This document shows positions 37,001 through 50,500 of a stretch of 64,000 bases of DNA, piece by piece. The notes under the pieces were generated by a model. The model was not told the origin of the DNA and ran no database searches. It worked only from the letters and a program-made list of their open reading frames with translations. The stretch is from positions 68,054,788-68,118,787 of the forward strand of contig CM120640.1 in NCBI GenBank assembly GCA_051362555.1. Direction: 5' to 3'. Position numbers and translations under genes: made by a program. The DNA comes from Lingula anatina. Its lineage: Eukaryota > Animalia > Brachiopoda. The first letter of the stretch is position 1; each line of letters starts with the position of its first letter.

Positions 37001-39741
37001 TTCAAATGTAACTAAGTATATGAAAAAAGATAACTTTGCTTCACATGGCTTGGTGAGAAAGAATTCAATGTTGATGAGAGACACTCATATTGAAATAAGT
37101 TTCATAATCATAACATGTTATGCTTTCTTTAACCTATAACAAAATAAATCTTGAATTTGATTAGATCTGAACATATACACAATCCCTGACAGTGGATAAT
37201 TCATATGGTTATAGAAAACAAAACATTGGACAACAAACAACAAAACTTGTCCCGCTATCATTTTGTTCTAGTATTTTGTTCTTGATATGAAAGTTAATAT
37301 TATAATTAAGAAAAAGTATTCATGAAGGAAGTGATTATTTTAATGGCTTAGTTTCATGTTGTATGGTACGGCATGTCCTCCTACATGAGGTTTTTAAAGA
37401 TTTTTTTTCTAGAAGGGAAAATTTTAGTTTCTTTTTTTTACGCATTATTGGATTATATATTAACGTGCATGCCTTTTTTCAGATCTGACATTGCGATGCA
37501 TGGTAGGGTCTAATAAATGTGAAAAAGAGTGTACAGGGGATTTAGGCCACGTTAACAAGAAGCAGAAAGTGGATGAATCAACCAAGCCAAATGAAAAACA
37601 AGAAAATAGGCAAGTAGATTGCAGTTTTTTAGTTTAAACAAATGATCAGATTATAGTTTTTTTTAGTTTATAAAAATGCTTACCATAATGTTACAAAACA
37701 CGTTGTTGGAGATGAAGCTTTTAGAGTCAATAAATATCCTTTCTGATAATTCCAGCTGGATTGAAGGAATCATTATAGCACTTTGCTGCCATCATCGCTG
37801 TTCATGGACACATTTTGTGGGTAAAGATTTCTTCACTCAGCATGGACTGACTGGCCGTGACTTTCAGCTGGTGACCAGCATGTCAAGCTGGGCAACTTGT
37901 GGATACAGGCCAAACAAAAAGGGTGTGGGTAAGATATGCAATGCATGTTCTACTTCCATCAACTGCACAAGTCAGTATTGAGGTATATTATCTGTGTGTG
38001 AAAATCACAAAGTCACATCTGCTGTCACAATGTTGGAGTATCCTAAAAAGCTATCTTTCCCAGTTCAGACTTAAAATGTGATAAACCCTGCAAACAATAG
38101 TACCTGATGTCGGTATTTCCTTATGAAATGTACTAAAAAACATGGTAAACTAAATGACTGGCCAGTCTTTAAAACTCAGTTATTTAATTTAAAATGGTAG
38201 AAAACATAGAATTCAAATGCAGGGATGGGACAAGCAAAGATTCACGAGTTGCAGAAAATTGCCTATTAGAGGAAAATACAATCTGGTGGAAAAATCATGT
38301 TAAAGAAATTCTTAAATGTTTCCAAACGGCTCTTCTTCTTGGTATTAATACAGTGGAGGATAATTGCAGTGATATTTACCAATTTAAATGTAAGAATTTA
38401 AATGTACAAATAAAATATTTTATTATTATTAAAATATCATTATTATTATTATTTGTTGTTGTTGTTTGATTTTAGGAAACTCATTCCAATGAAAAATGTC
38501 TCTTCTATTGCAGAAAAATCCAGTTCAGCACAGGAACCAAGCAAAGCTCCAACCCCTTATTCCTCACTGGATCAAAATCTAGTCAAAATTGAAAACAAAA
38601 CTTTAGTTGAGGAAAATATGCCTGACCAAAGTGAAACAAGCAGCTGTCAAAGTGACATGAAACAGAAAAATCATGACAAACACATAGACGAACATAATAG
38701 TGATGATGGTGGTGAACATGCAAAAAATGAAGACAGTGGTTATAATCATCCAAGGTATTACCGGTCTATAGATCAGGTTTTAGTTTCATGTACTTATATT
38801 CTATATTCAGATGACATGAACAATTCAGCTTAGAAAAAGCAGTTATACGTGTTCTATTTGTTTAGAAGTGTTCTCATCTGTACAAACTCCTGAATAGGTT
38901 ATTATTTTTAAGGGTTTTTTTTTTACATTTTATTTTGTGTTTCAGGTATGGAGCACTTACTCCAAAACAAAGAGAAGATATTGGAAAACAATGCAAAAGA
39001 CTGATAGACCTTGGAAGGATGCACTACCTCAAACAAAAAGGTTTCCAGACACAGCTAATGGTCTATATTCCCCATACAGTCTCCTTAGAAAATGTGGTGC
39101 TTACTGCTGTGCCATTAGATAGGTATGTATGGTCCTTTTAGCATCAAGTGGTTCACTTTTCTGTTTACTCTGCACCAGTTTACTTTGTCCTATCATTTAA
39201 TTATGCTAGGGGTAATCACCCCCTTTCACAAACCCTGGTGTACCAGTCAAAATTAATCTGATTAACTGGCCATGTCTTGGGTGGGGCTCCATGGGGCTCT
39301 TTAGTAATAGCCAAACTGAGTCGTCAATCTCTAAAAGTGGACCAATACAAACAATTGTGGTCAATGTGAAAAGGGCCTTTGGACAATGTCTCAACATCAG
39401 ATACTTTATATCAAAAACAATTGACAACTTAGCTCTGAGATCAGTTAGTTTTAGCGATGAAAAAGGTAATTAAAAGAAAAATATTGCAGGCATACATACT
39501 TATTATGATGGTGTTGAAAAGTGATATAACGTGTTATACTTTCATTTTTTATCAAACACTTAAATTGCATGGTTATGAACTCTTGTCCAGGGCTATAAAA
39601 GCATAGAAAAAATCAGAAACTTGCCCTCAATGATCTCTTCACTAAGTAGATTTTCAATAGTCACAGGCTGAAAAACTTTCTCATTTTATTCATATTTTCA
39701 GGTTTGGTGCTATGCTTGCTGAAGGCAATTCCCTCCAGTAG
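34012..39741 (+). CDS. TRMT13: tRNA:m(4)X 2'-O-methyltransferase TRM13 homologue (15 exons, about 522 aa)
   Basis: Exons 34012-34149, 34306-34352, 34543-34609, 35014-35073, 35200-35269, 35431-35537, 35745-35823, 36118-36206, 36501-36579, 36794-36868, 37483-37609, 37756-37928, 38514-38754, 38946-39122 and 39702-39741 (1569 nt, in frame). Motifs: CGFYLEKKRRYC...CIEH, RIPCPLDPKHSC...HLKKC (CHHC finger), VEFGAGKG, RMDIEHL, SKHLCGAATDL, ALCCHHRC, IGKQCKRLIDLGR, VSLENV. The last exon is less certain. Confidence 0.93.
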
Positions 39742-40733
39742 ACATGACAACAGTCAAAGACAGTTTAAAGACAAATGGAAGTGCAATTTGTTTTTACATA
39801 ATGAGTTAAGAGACATTTTAGTATTAAATTATTCAATGATAGACTTTTCAGTAATTAAATAACAAACATTTGTTTTGCTTTGAAAGTGCTATTTACAATG
39901 GCAGTTACTCTTGACATTTTCCAATTTGTTTCCATCTTACGTTGAATTATTTGTGGAAAGAGGATATTATTTTTATTTTGACTTTTTATGTCAAATGTTT
40001 GAATAGTTCAAAACCTTTTGATGTGAAAAAATTTAAAGTACACAGTACAAAAATCATCACATTCTTTCATTCTGCATGGTGCTCAAAGCGAGTTTAAATT
40101 TTAAAATAATAAACATTTATTGGATTTTAAAAAAATTTTATTCAAAGGTTACATATTATTGGTATGTTTGATATACATGTATCAATGATAAAGAAAAAGG
40201 GGATGTCTCAATAGTCTTGAAGGTTCATTGGTCCAAAGATTCACTGGTCTGAAATATTGTATAATTATCGTTTGTGAATATGTATTGAGGAAATGATAAT
40301 TATACAATATGGGTAAGACATAAAAGAAAAGTGTACATAATTTATCTACGCCCCTGGTAGAATGTAGGCCTACTCCCCAAATCTTACATTTTTGTATTAT
40401 GGCTATGCACCTGCCTCTGAAGAACTTTATTATCAATATACGTTATTCACACATTCAAACTGTTGAACATTCAGACCAATGAACCTACGGACTATTAATT
40501 GTAATGGCCCTAAGAAAAACTTCTCTCTCGTAATAATTATCAGAAGTAACACAAAATGGAGAAACACATCAGTTTTATTAAACAAAAACACAAAACCAGT
40601 GTTAAAACCACATTATTTACTTCATCATCTGCCACTTCTTTTACATTCTATATGCATAAAGGAATGCATGGGAAAATAAGAACAAAACAGGATGTGGGTT
40701 AAAAGGGAGGTTCGAAGTATAAATATAAATGTA

Positions 40734-40789
40734 TAAATTCAGGAATCTTCTTATGGAATATATTTAAATTCAGGAATCATCTTATGGAA
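40734..40789 (+). repeat. About 31-bp tandem duplication
   Basis: TAAATTCAGGAATC(T/A)TCTTATGGAA occurs twice. Confidence 0.8.
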
Positions 40790-41323
40790 ATTCTTCTGGA
40801 TATATACTTTCAAAGGATCCATTGTATGGTTATAAGTCAATGAATTTTTTTGCACTGTCATGCTCCATTTTTTCAAACATCCACAGCAACACTGGCTCTG
40901 TGCCTTGCCAGTGAAGACCCAGATGGTGTATTCTGTGGGGCATGTATGACTTCATGACATCTGATACAGATTCCAATGCCATTTTGATTTCGGCCATTCC
41001 AATGAAGATCAAAATTATCCTGGCACAACAGAGACCTTGCTAACCTTCCCAATGGTGATTTAGTTTTTGGGCATGAATGACCAGACAAATACCGAATATC
41101 ACAATACGTTTAAAATCACATTATTTTACCCTTTTAAATGTGAGTTTAAATGACAAATAAAACAGATTGCTATATCTGTGCATAAATATCAGAGTATATA
41201 GGTAACAATTATGTAATAAGGATATTTTAACTAAAAATAAAATATTTAAATCTCATTTACCCTAGGGTGAAATGTGAGATAACCACCCAATAAAAAAGGC
41301 TACAGTTGCTACTATAAAGAGTG

Positions 41324-41446
41324 CAAGGACAGATCCAGGCCTTCTTATTTTTCATTAATTATACGCAATTAATGAACGGACTTGGCAAGACTGTCACCCT
41401 AGATAGAGGGGTGGGGGGGGGGGGGGTCAGCCTGGATCTGTCCCTG
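41324..41446. mobile_element. Short hAT-like MITE
   Basis: TIRs CAAGGACAGATCCAGGC...GCCTGGATCTGTCCCTG with a poly-G subterminal tract. Flanks GAGTG/CAGTG may be a decayed 5-bp TSD. Confidence 0.6.
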
Positions 41447-42631
41447 CAGTGCATGGTCTTACTTGTCTGTAGAACTTAATATCCTACTCTGCCTGCATAG
41501 GCATATATAAATGTATGATAAATAACATGCAATGTTATTTTACAGTCACTTTTGGGCATGGTTGCTGTAAAATATTGTCAAATTAAAGAATATAACCTTT
41601 TGGTCTCTTTTTAATGAATGTACTGTTTTCAAAAAAAGAAAATGGATGGCAATATGTTGTTTTATCAATTGCTGCAAAAACACCAAATTAAAAAACTAAA
41701 TACCTTCAATAACCACCTGCATATTCAACCATGATTTCATGAAAGGTTCACTCCTTAATTAACAACTGTTGTTACAGTTTCCCTAATTAGATTTACCTAT
41801 ATAATGGAAAAGGATTACATAAACAAATCTTGCAATGACTAGTCATTAACTACTGAAGGTTTTGCGAGATGCATTAAGGTCTCCATAACAGCTGTATGAA
41901 AGTCACTGCAAACACATTGCAGTGTGAGATCAAAACTTATGAGTTTTAAAACAAGTTCAAAATATAAAATAGTTCATTACGTGAATAAAAAATTTAGTCT
42001 GCTCTGGAATATAGTTACAATGTACAGAAGACATCTGACATTTGCCTAGTATGTATTTTTTCACTGCATGTAACTGATTGTTTTACTAATATTGTGCATA
42101 TGGAAAAACCAGTTTTCTATTCTCACATCACATTTTGACCAAGATTACATGGAAGTGGTAATAAATCTTGCATCTGCCAACTCGGCAGTCACTAATTAAC
42201 TGGCATGCAAAGGTTAAATGTTTAACATATAAATGTAAAAATAGTCAAGATGGTACTAAAAAAGAGACATATTCTTTATAATTTGGACCATCTGTTTAAA
42301 ATATAAATCCTTCAATACATATATATCAAGTGCACCATGTTTATGTATAGCTGCCTTTATTTTGATGTAACAATTCAATATCATTGTTATCATCACAAAA
42401 AATGTAAAGAGAATGATACCTCAAAGATTTCATTCTGCCTTCACCTACTATCCAATATCAATCAATAGATCAATCAACCAAAATGAGCATATATTTTCTA
42501 TTATAGGACCAAATCTGTATTCACATTGATCAATATATGCATAACTTGTATCCCCAACCTAACACCATATCAGCAGTTAAAAAATAATGAACCTTGAAAG
42601 TATTTCTACAGAAAAATATCACAAATAAGGG

Positions 42632-45600
42632 CTAATCTCTCAGTCCCAGCTCTGAGACTTTCCTCTGAGCCCACTGCATTACAACCATACTGCTGCCATT
42701 AGCAATGAAGCTGCGAATGGTGCCTGGACCCAGACCTCTGTACAGGGCAAAAAACCCACCTCTTTCCTTGATTACCAACTGCATCCTCTTCAGAACTGGC
42801 ATTTTCCTAAGAAAGGACAAATTTACAATCTTTTTTAAAAATGTTTTTACTTTAAAACTGAAATATATATATAATATTTGTACTTCACATGTCAGTTTCA
42901 CACAATAATATTTAAAACATTTTGAAACTGTAATACAGAGATCAAATTTTCACACATGTACTACTGTGATTTTGAAAGAGAAGTGAAACAACTTACTCTC
43001 CATATCCACCTTGAACTTGAGACTTCATAAACTCTAAAGGCCAGACCAACCACCATGCTAAAGTGGCTGCAATGCCTGATGTCAAAAATGGTCCCAACAG
43101 AGGGCGCTGGAAGTGCTCAGCATGGTTACGCCTTATGTAATCCACCATTATAAAATATGATGTCATCAGACCTAGTGTTCTGCTTAAACTTATGCCAAAA
43201 CCCTGAAGAATAATAGTTACATTCTGCATATACATTTAAATAATTAGCATGCTGAGACATATCTTGACATTACATTCAGAATGGCACAGTAGTTACAAAC
43301 AATCCCGCACTTTTAAACTTGACAGTATAATAATCTTTCATGAATAAATATTTTAAATGTCTGAGAGCTTTACTTGTAATTCAAATATTGGTAATTCTTT
43401 TACATCTATAAAAGCTCAATAAATATTACTTTAAAAAGGGAAAATTTTAAATTCATACAAACATTGTAAACTTCTCTTATTGTCCATGTTGACTGGATTT
43501 GTCTACGAATCTGAAATCAAAATAGTCAAATTAGGCATAAAATGTTTCTTATCTGATGGATAGGACTTTTAAGATGAGTAATGAGACAGAAAGTACTACA
43601 TTTAACAAAATATACAGAAACTTTTTCTTAATAATTTCAATATTTTCAAACCTTGGCATACTCTAGTGGTGTTTCAATAACAGCCCTTGCAGTAGATGCA
43701 ACCAATCCACCAATGATAACTCGGCTGTTGAATGGAAAAAACATATTATTTGCAAATAAATATTCCATTCCTTAAAAACACTTTCTCCTCTTAGTGTTTT
43801 TACTGTTATAAATATAATATCTTTACAAATATTTTCAGATGTCTACATGTACCTTTAAAATGTTTTTCAATGATTTTCAACTCAATATCAATCTCAGTGC
43901 TTTGTTCAACTTTTCATTTCTATCCACTTATATTGGAAACCAATTCCCTTGACATGTCTATATTTGGTGCTCTAATTTAAATTTTCTGTGAAAACTTACA
44001 TTTGTAGACCTGCAGTTGCTGGTATTTCATATTTTCCAAAATTACTGTCCATCTTCGTATATCTAAAATATCACAATACTAAAATTCTATCTGTTACAGT
44101 CAGTGAGATGTAGTCAAGGAAATACTGTGTAAATTAAATTATCAAAACAGCTTTTGACTAAACAGTAAATACTGATGACAAACAGCAGTAAGCAGCAGTA
44201 CTACTAGACTACTAGTAAAAGAACTAGATAATGTCATATTCAGCTAAACATCATTGACAAACAACTGGATAATTACATAAGAGAGCACCTGCTGATGTAC
44301 TTACACTGCCTCAAACACTGCAAACTGTGTAGATCTGTATATCCCTGAGCCACAGAGGGGTGGAATACAGCCTCTGTAAAAACAGTGAAGACACAGGCCA
44401 TTAGATTAGTGTTGAAATAAGTACAAATATATTCCACATAAATCCAGATTACTGTAAAAACTGAATATTTAACAAAGTAGCAAAGGTGTGAAATGGACAG
44501 ACATATAAAGGAAAAAAAAACTGACAGCAGCACCCTAAAATGATGAACGTCCAATTTTATTGATATAAGAGTATAAAATGGGTTTTTAAAATCTTTATTG
44601 ATGCAACAGGACATAGTGGCAAAATCACAACTGTCAGTAGAGAGCATACATTTAAACTGTTGGGTGTCTTCCTTACATAATGACCTTAAATAGTTCAAAC
44701 TTGTTGAACATGTTTAAAAAACACATACACATGACAGCATTATCTATGCAAACTTAAACATGGCAATCTGTGTTCATGCAACTTGTTGCACAGTGTCAAA
44801 GTTTACAACAGAAATTTTTAACAACATTTCAGAATTCCATTTTCTTTAACTACTTTTCAAATATACCTGTGCTTACTTGATTTTATCATATGTACGGTCG
44901 TATAAAAGAACAAATTTTAGTGTATAACTTCAACTTTTTGGGTGCTATGATTCCCCCAAATCACACCTAAAAAGGCCTATTTTGCAAAAATAAAAAATAA
45001 AAATAATAAAATAATAATAATAAGAACAATCCAACAAAACTAGTTTTCAAACTGTTTTTCGGACATGACAACCATTCCTGTAAGTTTGAGAATAATCAGA
45101 AAGCAACGCAGTTTTCTTTTTATTGTGTTTATAAGTAAAAATTCCAGGAAAGTGCCTTATGAAGGTGGGGCAACATCTGACACAGGCAATGTAGTTATAC
45201 AAGATGCTTTCTAAATCAAAATAAAATTAATTTTTAAAAAAGAAACAGTCAAGAATCAATTAAACAGTTTGATCTAAGTTTCTGTGCAGCTTACATGGAA
45301 GACTTAAATTAAAAATAAAGGTTTGAAATACATAACCATTTGCATGCAATACTGTACCTATATAACCCTATTACTCCTTGAGACTTGATTGTTTTTGCTA
45401 ATGTTTTCAGCATTCCACCTTTTTCAAAGCCTACTTGTGCCTGCATCTTGGTCTTGATGGTGTCAAAGGGATGCCCCACTGCAACACTGGTGGTGCCATA
45501 CAGTACCCCCACTGAAATTGATGCACAGACAAACTTGTATATTTTAATGTAAATAAAAATTTCACCTTACAAACAATTGTAAAAAATATTGACCAAGAAA

Positions 45601-46099
45601 ATGTAATAACGCCTGAAAAATAGTATTATTTGGATTCACACAGTTCAAACTTGATATTAAAGAAAAAAGCACTGGGCCTGTAAAGAACTTTTGTGAATTT
45701 TATGCATGATCTAAAAATTATTACATCTGTCCATGTTGTGATACATGTACAGGATAAATAGAGGTTTGTTTGCACACTTGTCCTAGGATTAAAGATCGAA
45801 CCTACAGTACTAGTACAAATGTAATTGCGATATCACAGATTAAAATATTCGAGAATTTATTATTATTATTATAACACTAAGAGTATGTTGCCATTAATAC
45901 CTCCAAGGTAAATAAAATAACGATATTAATGTCGATAGTAACAGATATTTACCTTAACCATTATTTATATTATACTAAAATAGATAAAAGTTATGATAAG
46001 AATATACAGTACATGTATACTTTGGCGTTGTTGTAACGTACCTCCAAGGCCTATAAGGCCCTCTTTGATCCAATGAGCACGCTCCTCGTTATGTGTCAT
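42632..46099 (-). CDS. Mitochondrial carrier (SLC25 family; 8 exons, about 281 aa)
   Basis: Exons 46099-46042, 45511-45358, 44373-44305, 44062-44000, 43724-43652, 43510-43463, 43202-42997 and 42806-42632 join in frame (846 nt). Three Px[DE]xx[KR] signatures (PFDTIKTKMQ, PLEYAKIRRQ, PLEFMKSQVQ) and GLYRG/EVYNG/ALYRG motifs. Confidence 0.93.
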
Positions 46100-46210
46100 G
46101 ATGCCAAATAGTTTGAAAAAAGTATCAATAACACACAGCCTTCATATTTGTCTTATTTTGATAAAACAACAGTACTAAAATTGCCTTCCTAAGTGTACAG
46201 TATACTAACT

Positions 46211-46247
46211 AGGTCACGCTGTGTTTACAGGTGGTGACCTTGACCTA
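46211..46247. promoter_or_regulatory. Nuclear-receptor (ERR-type) and FOXO-type motifs upstream of the SLC25 gene
   Basis: AGGTCA at 46211, TGTTTAC at 46222-46228, and TGACCTTGA (reverse complement TCAAGGTCA, an ERRE) at 46235-46243 overlapping a second half-site. Confidence 0.4.
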
Positions 46248-46450
46248 GATGGTGAGGTCTCGCTTTTCATAAGTCTTTAAGATAATAAGATTTGCATGGC
46301 ATTATTCAATCGTGAGTGGGTTTTATAATTAGAATAGAAAGGGTCTCCATTTGAAATTATATATTCTTACGATGATAGCATTAATGCATTACCATTAAGC
46401 CAACACGGAGCCAACACCCACACAACAAAGACAAAGTGCCCGTATTTGGA

Positions 46451-46473
46451 GGGGAATCCCCATGGAAATTTTC
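46451..46473. promoter_or_regulatory. Tandem NF-kB-like sites upstream of the CARD-TRAF gene
   Basis: GGGGAATCCCC (46451-46461, near-palindromic p50-type) and GGAAATTTTC (46464-46473), about 280 bp before a donor AGA|GTATGT at about 46752 that probably ends a non-coding first exon. Confidence 0.5.
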
Positions 46474-47586
46474 ATATCCAAACTTACACCCCCAGGAAAG
46501 GGAGAGATAAACACTTTAAAGGCTGACTTTTGGTATAGTTTTATACATGTGAGTTAGTTTATTGAACTTAAAAAAGTTTCATATGAATACTTAGTAAAAT
46601 TTGCAATCAACTTGTTTGATTACCCACTGCAGTGGGGAGATTGGAAAGGGAATAACCAGTCAACATCAAGGGAGCGTTCGATGGGATAACGGCACACCGC
46701 ACTACAATAGGCCGGGCAGAGAACAGCAGCTAATGTCGTTCGGCAAGCAGAGTATGTTTTCTTTTAATTTATACATTCTATCCAGTTTAGTTGACTCATT
46801 TGGAGTCTGTTTTATCTTCACTGATACTCTGAAACTAATAGTGATAGGCTGCACTTGCACTGTTTTATGTAAAAAAATACCATTTAACCCATTTAACCCA
46901 CGCCATCTTAAAAATTGTTTTGATAAAAAATGTCGGATTTCAATAATCAGTATGAGCTAAATTATCGCTTGTCGCTAATATGTTGAAAGGACCGTGGGTG
47001 GGTGTTTTATTGTCAGTAAACTCCATATTTCTTATATGGATCATCTTCAGTGCAAACTATACTTAAATGCTTTTGAAATATGGTATAACATGATGTAAAC
47101 TAAAAATCTTGTCATTCACATTTAAAGCCAAATGAAGATGTGAAGTGTGGCAAAAACCGTATAGATCTACGTTTTATGGGCGTTAATTCAAAGTTTGCGA
47201 CCTGTAAGTTTGATCGTAAAAAATTACATAAGGTCCAGGTACCAGTAATTGAGAATCAGAAACCTAACAGAAAAGCCATACGTTCTTTATTGCAGATTTA
47301 AGGTATACTGTACTGGATATTTAGTAATTTTTACTCACAAATCATTACTTGTCTCTTGACCTGCACACTAATCAAATTGTATCATGTTTCCTGAACATTT
47401 TAGAAAAAAAAAGACACCAGGTACATTTATTTGAGGGTTATTTATTATCATTTTAAATGTGTTAATTGGGAAAGATATGACATTTTGCAAGAAACTGACA
47501 TGACATTGTCCTATCAGAATATATTCAAATGTATAAAATATACATGTACCTTTCAGTTCTCTTTTTTATTTATATTTACATAGGAT

Positions 47587-50500
47587 ATGGATGAAAGAAA
47601 GAATATGTACAAAAAAATTCTGAAAAAGAATCAGGTATATTTGGTGGAAGAATTGAAAAGTGAACATCTCATAAATCATTTACTTGAAGAGGGAATTTTA
47701 ACATCAAGAGACAATGAAGAGTTCAAGGCTTCACAAACAAGACGAGAACGTTCAGAATGGTTGATTAACCATCTGACTACACATGCTCCACCACGTTTTT
47801 ATGATGTTCTCAGAAGAGCACTGATAAAAGAGGGACAAGAACATGTAGCAGATAAACTTGATGCAACTCTGACAGGTATACACATACATGTACTCCTTGC
47901 TGATCATATAATAGTGGAATAAGTATTTTCTATGGGTCCTCCTTCTGGGACCTTTGATTATATTAATCTACAGAATCTATTAAAATGCCTTGTCTTAGTC
48001 ATGAATGCATTAAAACATTACAATGTTTTTGATTGATTTCAACAAAAATGGCTTTGATTCACCATTATATCCACTGTCATAAGTAATGATAAGGACTGTG
48101 ATGATAATAACAATGAAAGAAATGATCAAATTACTATGGCCTGCTGTAATTAATTTTATCTGAAATGTACTCAAAAACTTGTATGTGCTTGTTTAATTTT
48201 GGACAAATTTCTTATTTTAAAAAATTTTTCCATTTAGAGTTGATGGAAGAAGATAAAACAGCTAGACCATCTAAGGGACATAAAAGTAGGTTTTCAATCT
48301 TTTCCTTAGTGATGAATTTATCAAGAGTTTTTAATAGAGGCTGGTTACCCTGGCTGGATTAATTTTTTTTTTTTTACATATCATGTGATGCTTGCTATCT
48401 TAAGCAGCTTAGATGTCTGTCATGCCTACTGAAGCTGCTAGGGAGTAATTAATTATCGTTTTTTGTATCTGAAAATTATATTTTGTGTCTGAAACATATC
48501 TTTAACTATAACAGGAAGGAGGTCACAGGGCAGTGGGTCATGTCCATCGCCAAAGTACAAGTCATATTACAGAAACCTTAATCGCAGCTCTCCAACAAGC
48601 AGTGTCTCATCATCTAGTCCCAGGGGAAGTCCCACATTAAAACAGCTTCAGGGTGTAGTATGTATTCTTCTTAACCATCTGATATATTAAACTTTTACCA
48701 CAGTGACTGATATTTTTACGTTTTGCATAATTTGTTTTTCAAAGAAAAATAAGTGCATGATTTAGTTCTCAAAATGTGTATGTTTATATTTTGCGTCATC
48801 TTATAAGTCCGTTATTATGGTATGACCTTAAAGCAAAAGCATGATATTAGGATTACAAACAACTGTGTAGATTTTCTATCCTTAAAGGTATCCTATAATT
48901 TGGCATTTTCTTGCCAGATTGAATTTTTCTTAGAAAAAAGCAATTTGCTCTTACTCATCTATCATTGATCTTAAATTTGTGAACTGGATTGAGATGTAGG
49001 ATAAGAAAATGTTTGGGAATTTGTATAACATTGAGGATATATAGTGGTTTTTATATTAGGTCTTCAGGCCCATGGAAATTTATTTATGTTACATATAATT
49101 TGGGACATCATGATTACAGGAGAGCGTTCTTTGTAAATACCATGACAAAGGTTGTTGTCAGTCAGTTCCACCAGAAGAGTTAGAAACTCTCTACGCCCAC
49201 AGTTGTGCATACAGGCCACAGCAATGCCCTCACTGCGGAAATGAAGTGCCACTCATTGCTTTTGGACAGGTATTTTTGATTCTGTTTTTGAACTGAAATG
49301 TATGTAATAAAATGTTGTGTACTATTTTTATGTACAGCATAACCACCATTATTCTGACTGCATGCATTGTTCAATTTAGTACCCTTACAATTATATACAA
49401 ATTGTTTGTAGCAGTTAGTAGATTAATTCTTAACAATTTTTGTAATGATTCAATCTTTTCTTACTTAAAGCACATTATCTAACAGATGTTTACATCATTC
49501 TCAAATGAGGATAAATTGCAGTAATCTGAAAATAACATTTTTCTTTGTACAATTTCCCTCTTTAAGCATGTTACCACCTGTAAAGTGAGGAAAACTGAAT
49601 GTCCAGTGTGTTCAGAAACAGTGGCACAAGGACAGGTATACTGTTGTCATGATCACTTGTAAATATGTAATTAATTAATTTTTTTGTATACTTGAATATA
49701 TATGCATATATTTTAAAATAGGAGATATCGGAGTTGTTTTTCTTCATATATATACTAACTTTGATATAAATACACTTTTCAAAAAGAGGAGCATCCTGAT
49801 GTTCTGAGTTGCCAGTTTTTCAGCTGTCCATTACTTAGTTGTTTTCTGGTCACAATTTATTTTATTAAGGAGGCAATAATGGAGTATGTAATATAAGTTT
49901 TTAAGATCAGTATGTCAGATCATCAGATTTTTTTGATGATAAAGCCAGCAAAACATATTTAATTTAAATCTCTAAAATTTACTTTCAAATTGAATTGTGT
50001 AATAATAGTGAAAAATTTGTTTAAGAAATTATGGTCTCCCCATCAAAAGTGAACTTAAGTAAATTTGCTTTGTCAAAGTCAGTAGTTTAATTTCATTTTA
50101 TAACATTAATAGTGATTTATGTGTATTTAGAAAGAATTTTCATTGTTTAAACAATAGCTGGAATTGTTTTGTTTTGAATGTATTTATTTCTGAAATACTA
50201 TTACAGTTGGATGAACACATTGAGAAACATTATGATACTCAAGACAGCAAGTGTCACTTTGTCTTGGTTGGATGTACTTATGCAGTAGGTATAATTTGAT
50301 ATTCAAACTTAAAAGCCAAGATTTAGTAGTAGTGTTTAAATATATATATTGCTCTCACCTTTGTCACACAAGCAGAAGCTTGAGCTGTTTACATTTAGCT
50401 TACTGTCATTTCTTTTACTGCCAGTTTCACCATTTTTCTTCAAACTCACAGGGATTACTCATTGTTCTAATAGAAACTGGGCATGAACCGATAATTCTTT

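Noticed and set aside
38453-38513. Acceptor at 38475 for TRMT13 exon 13
   Set aside because: It is phase-incompatible with the strong G|GTAAGA donor at 37929 and gives an immediate TGA. The acceptor at 38513 fits.
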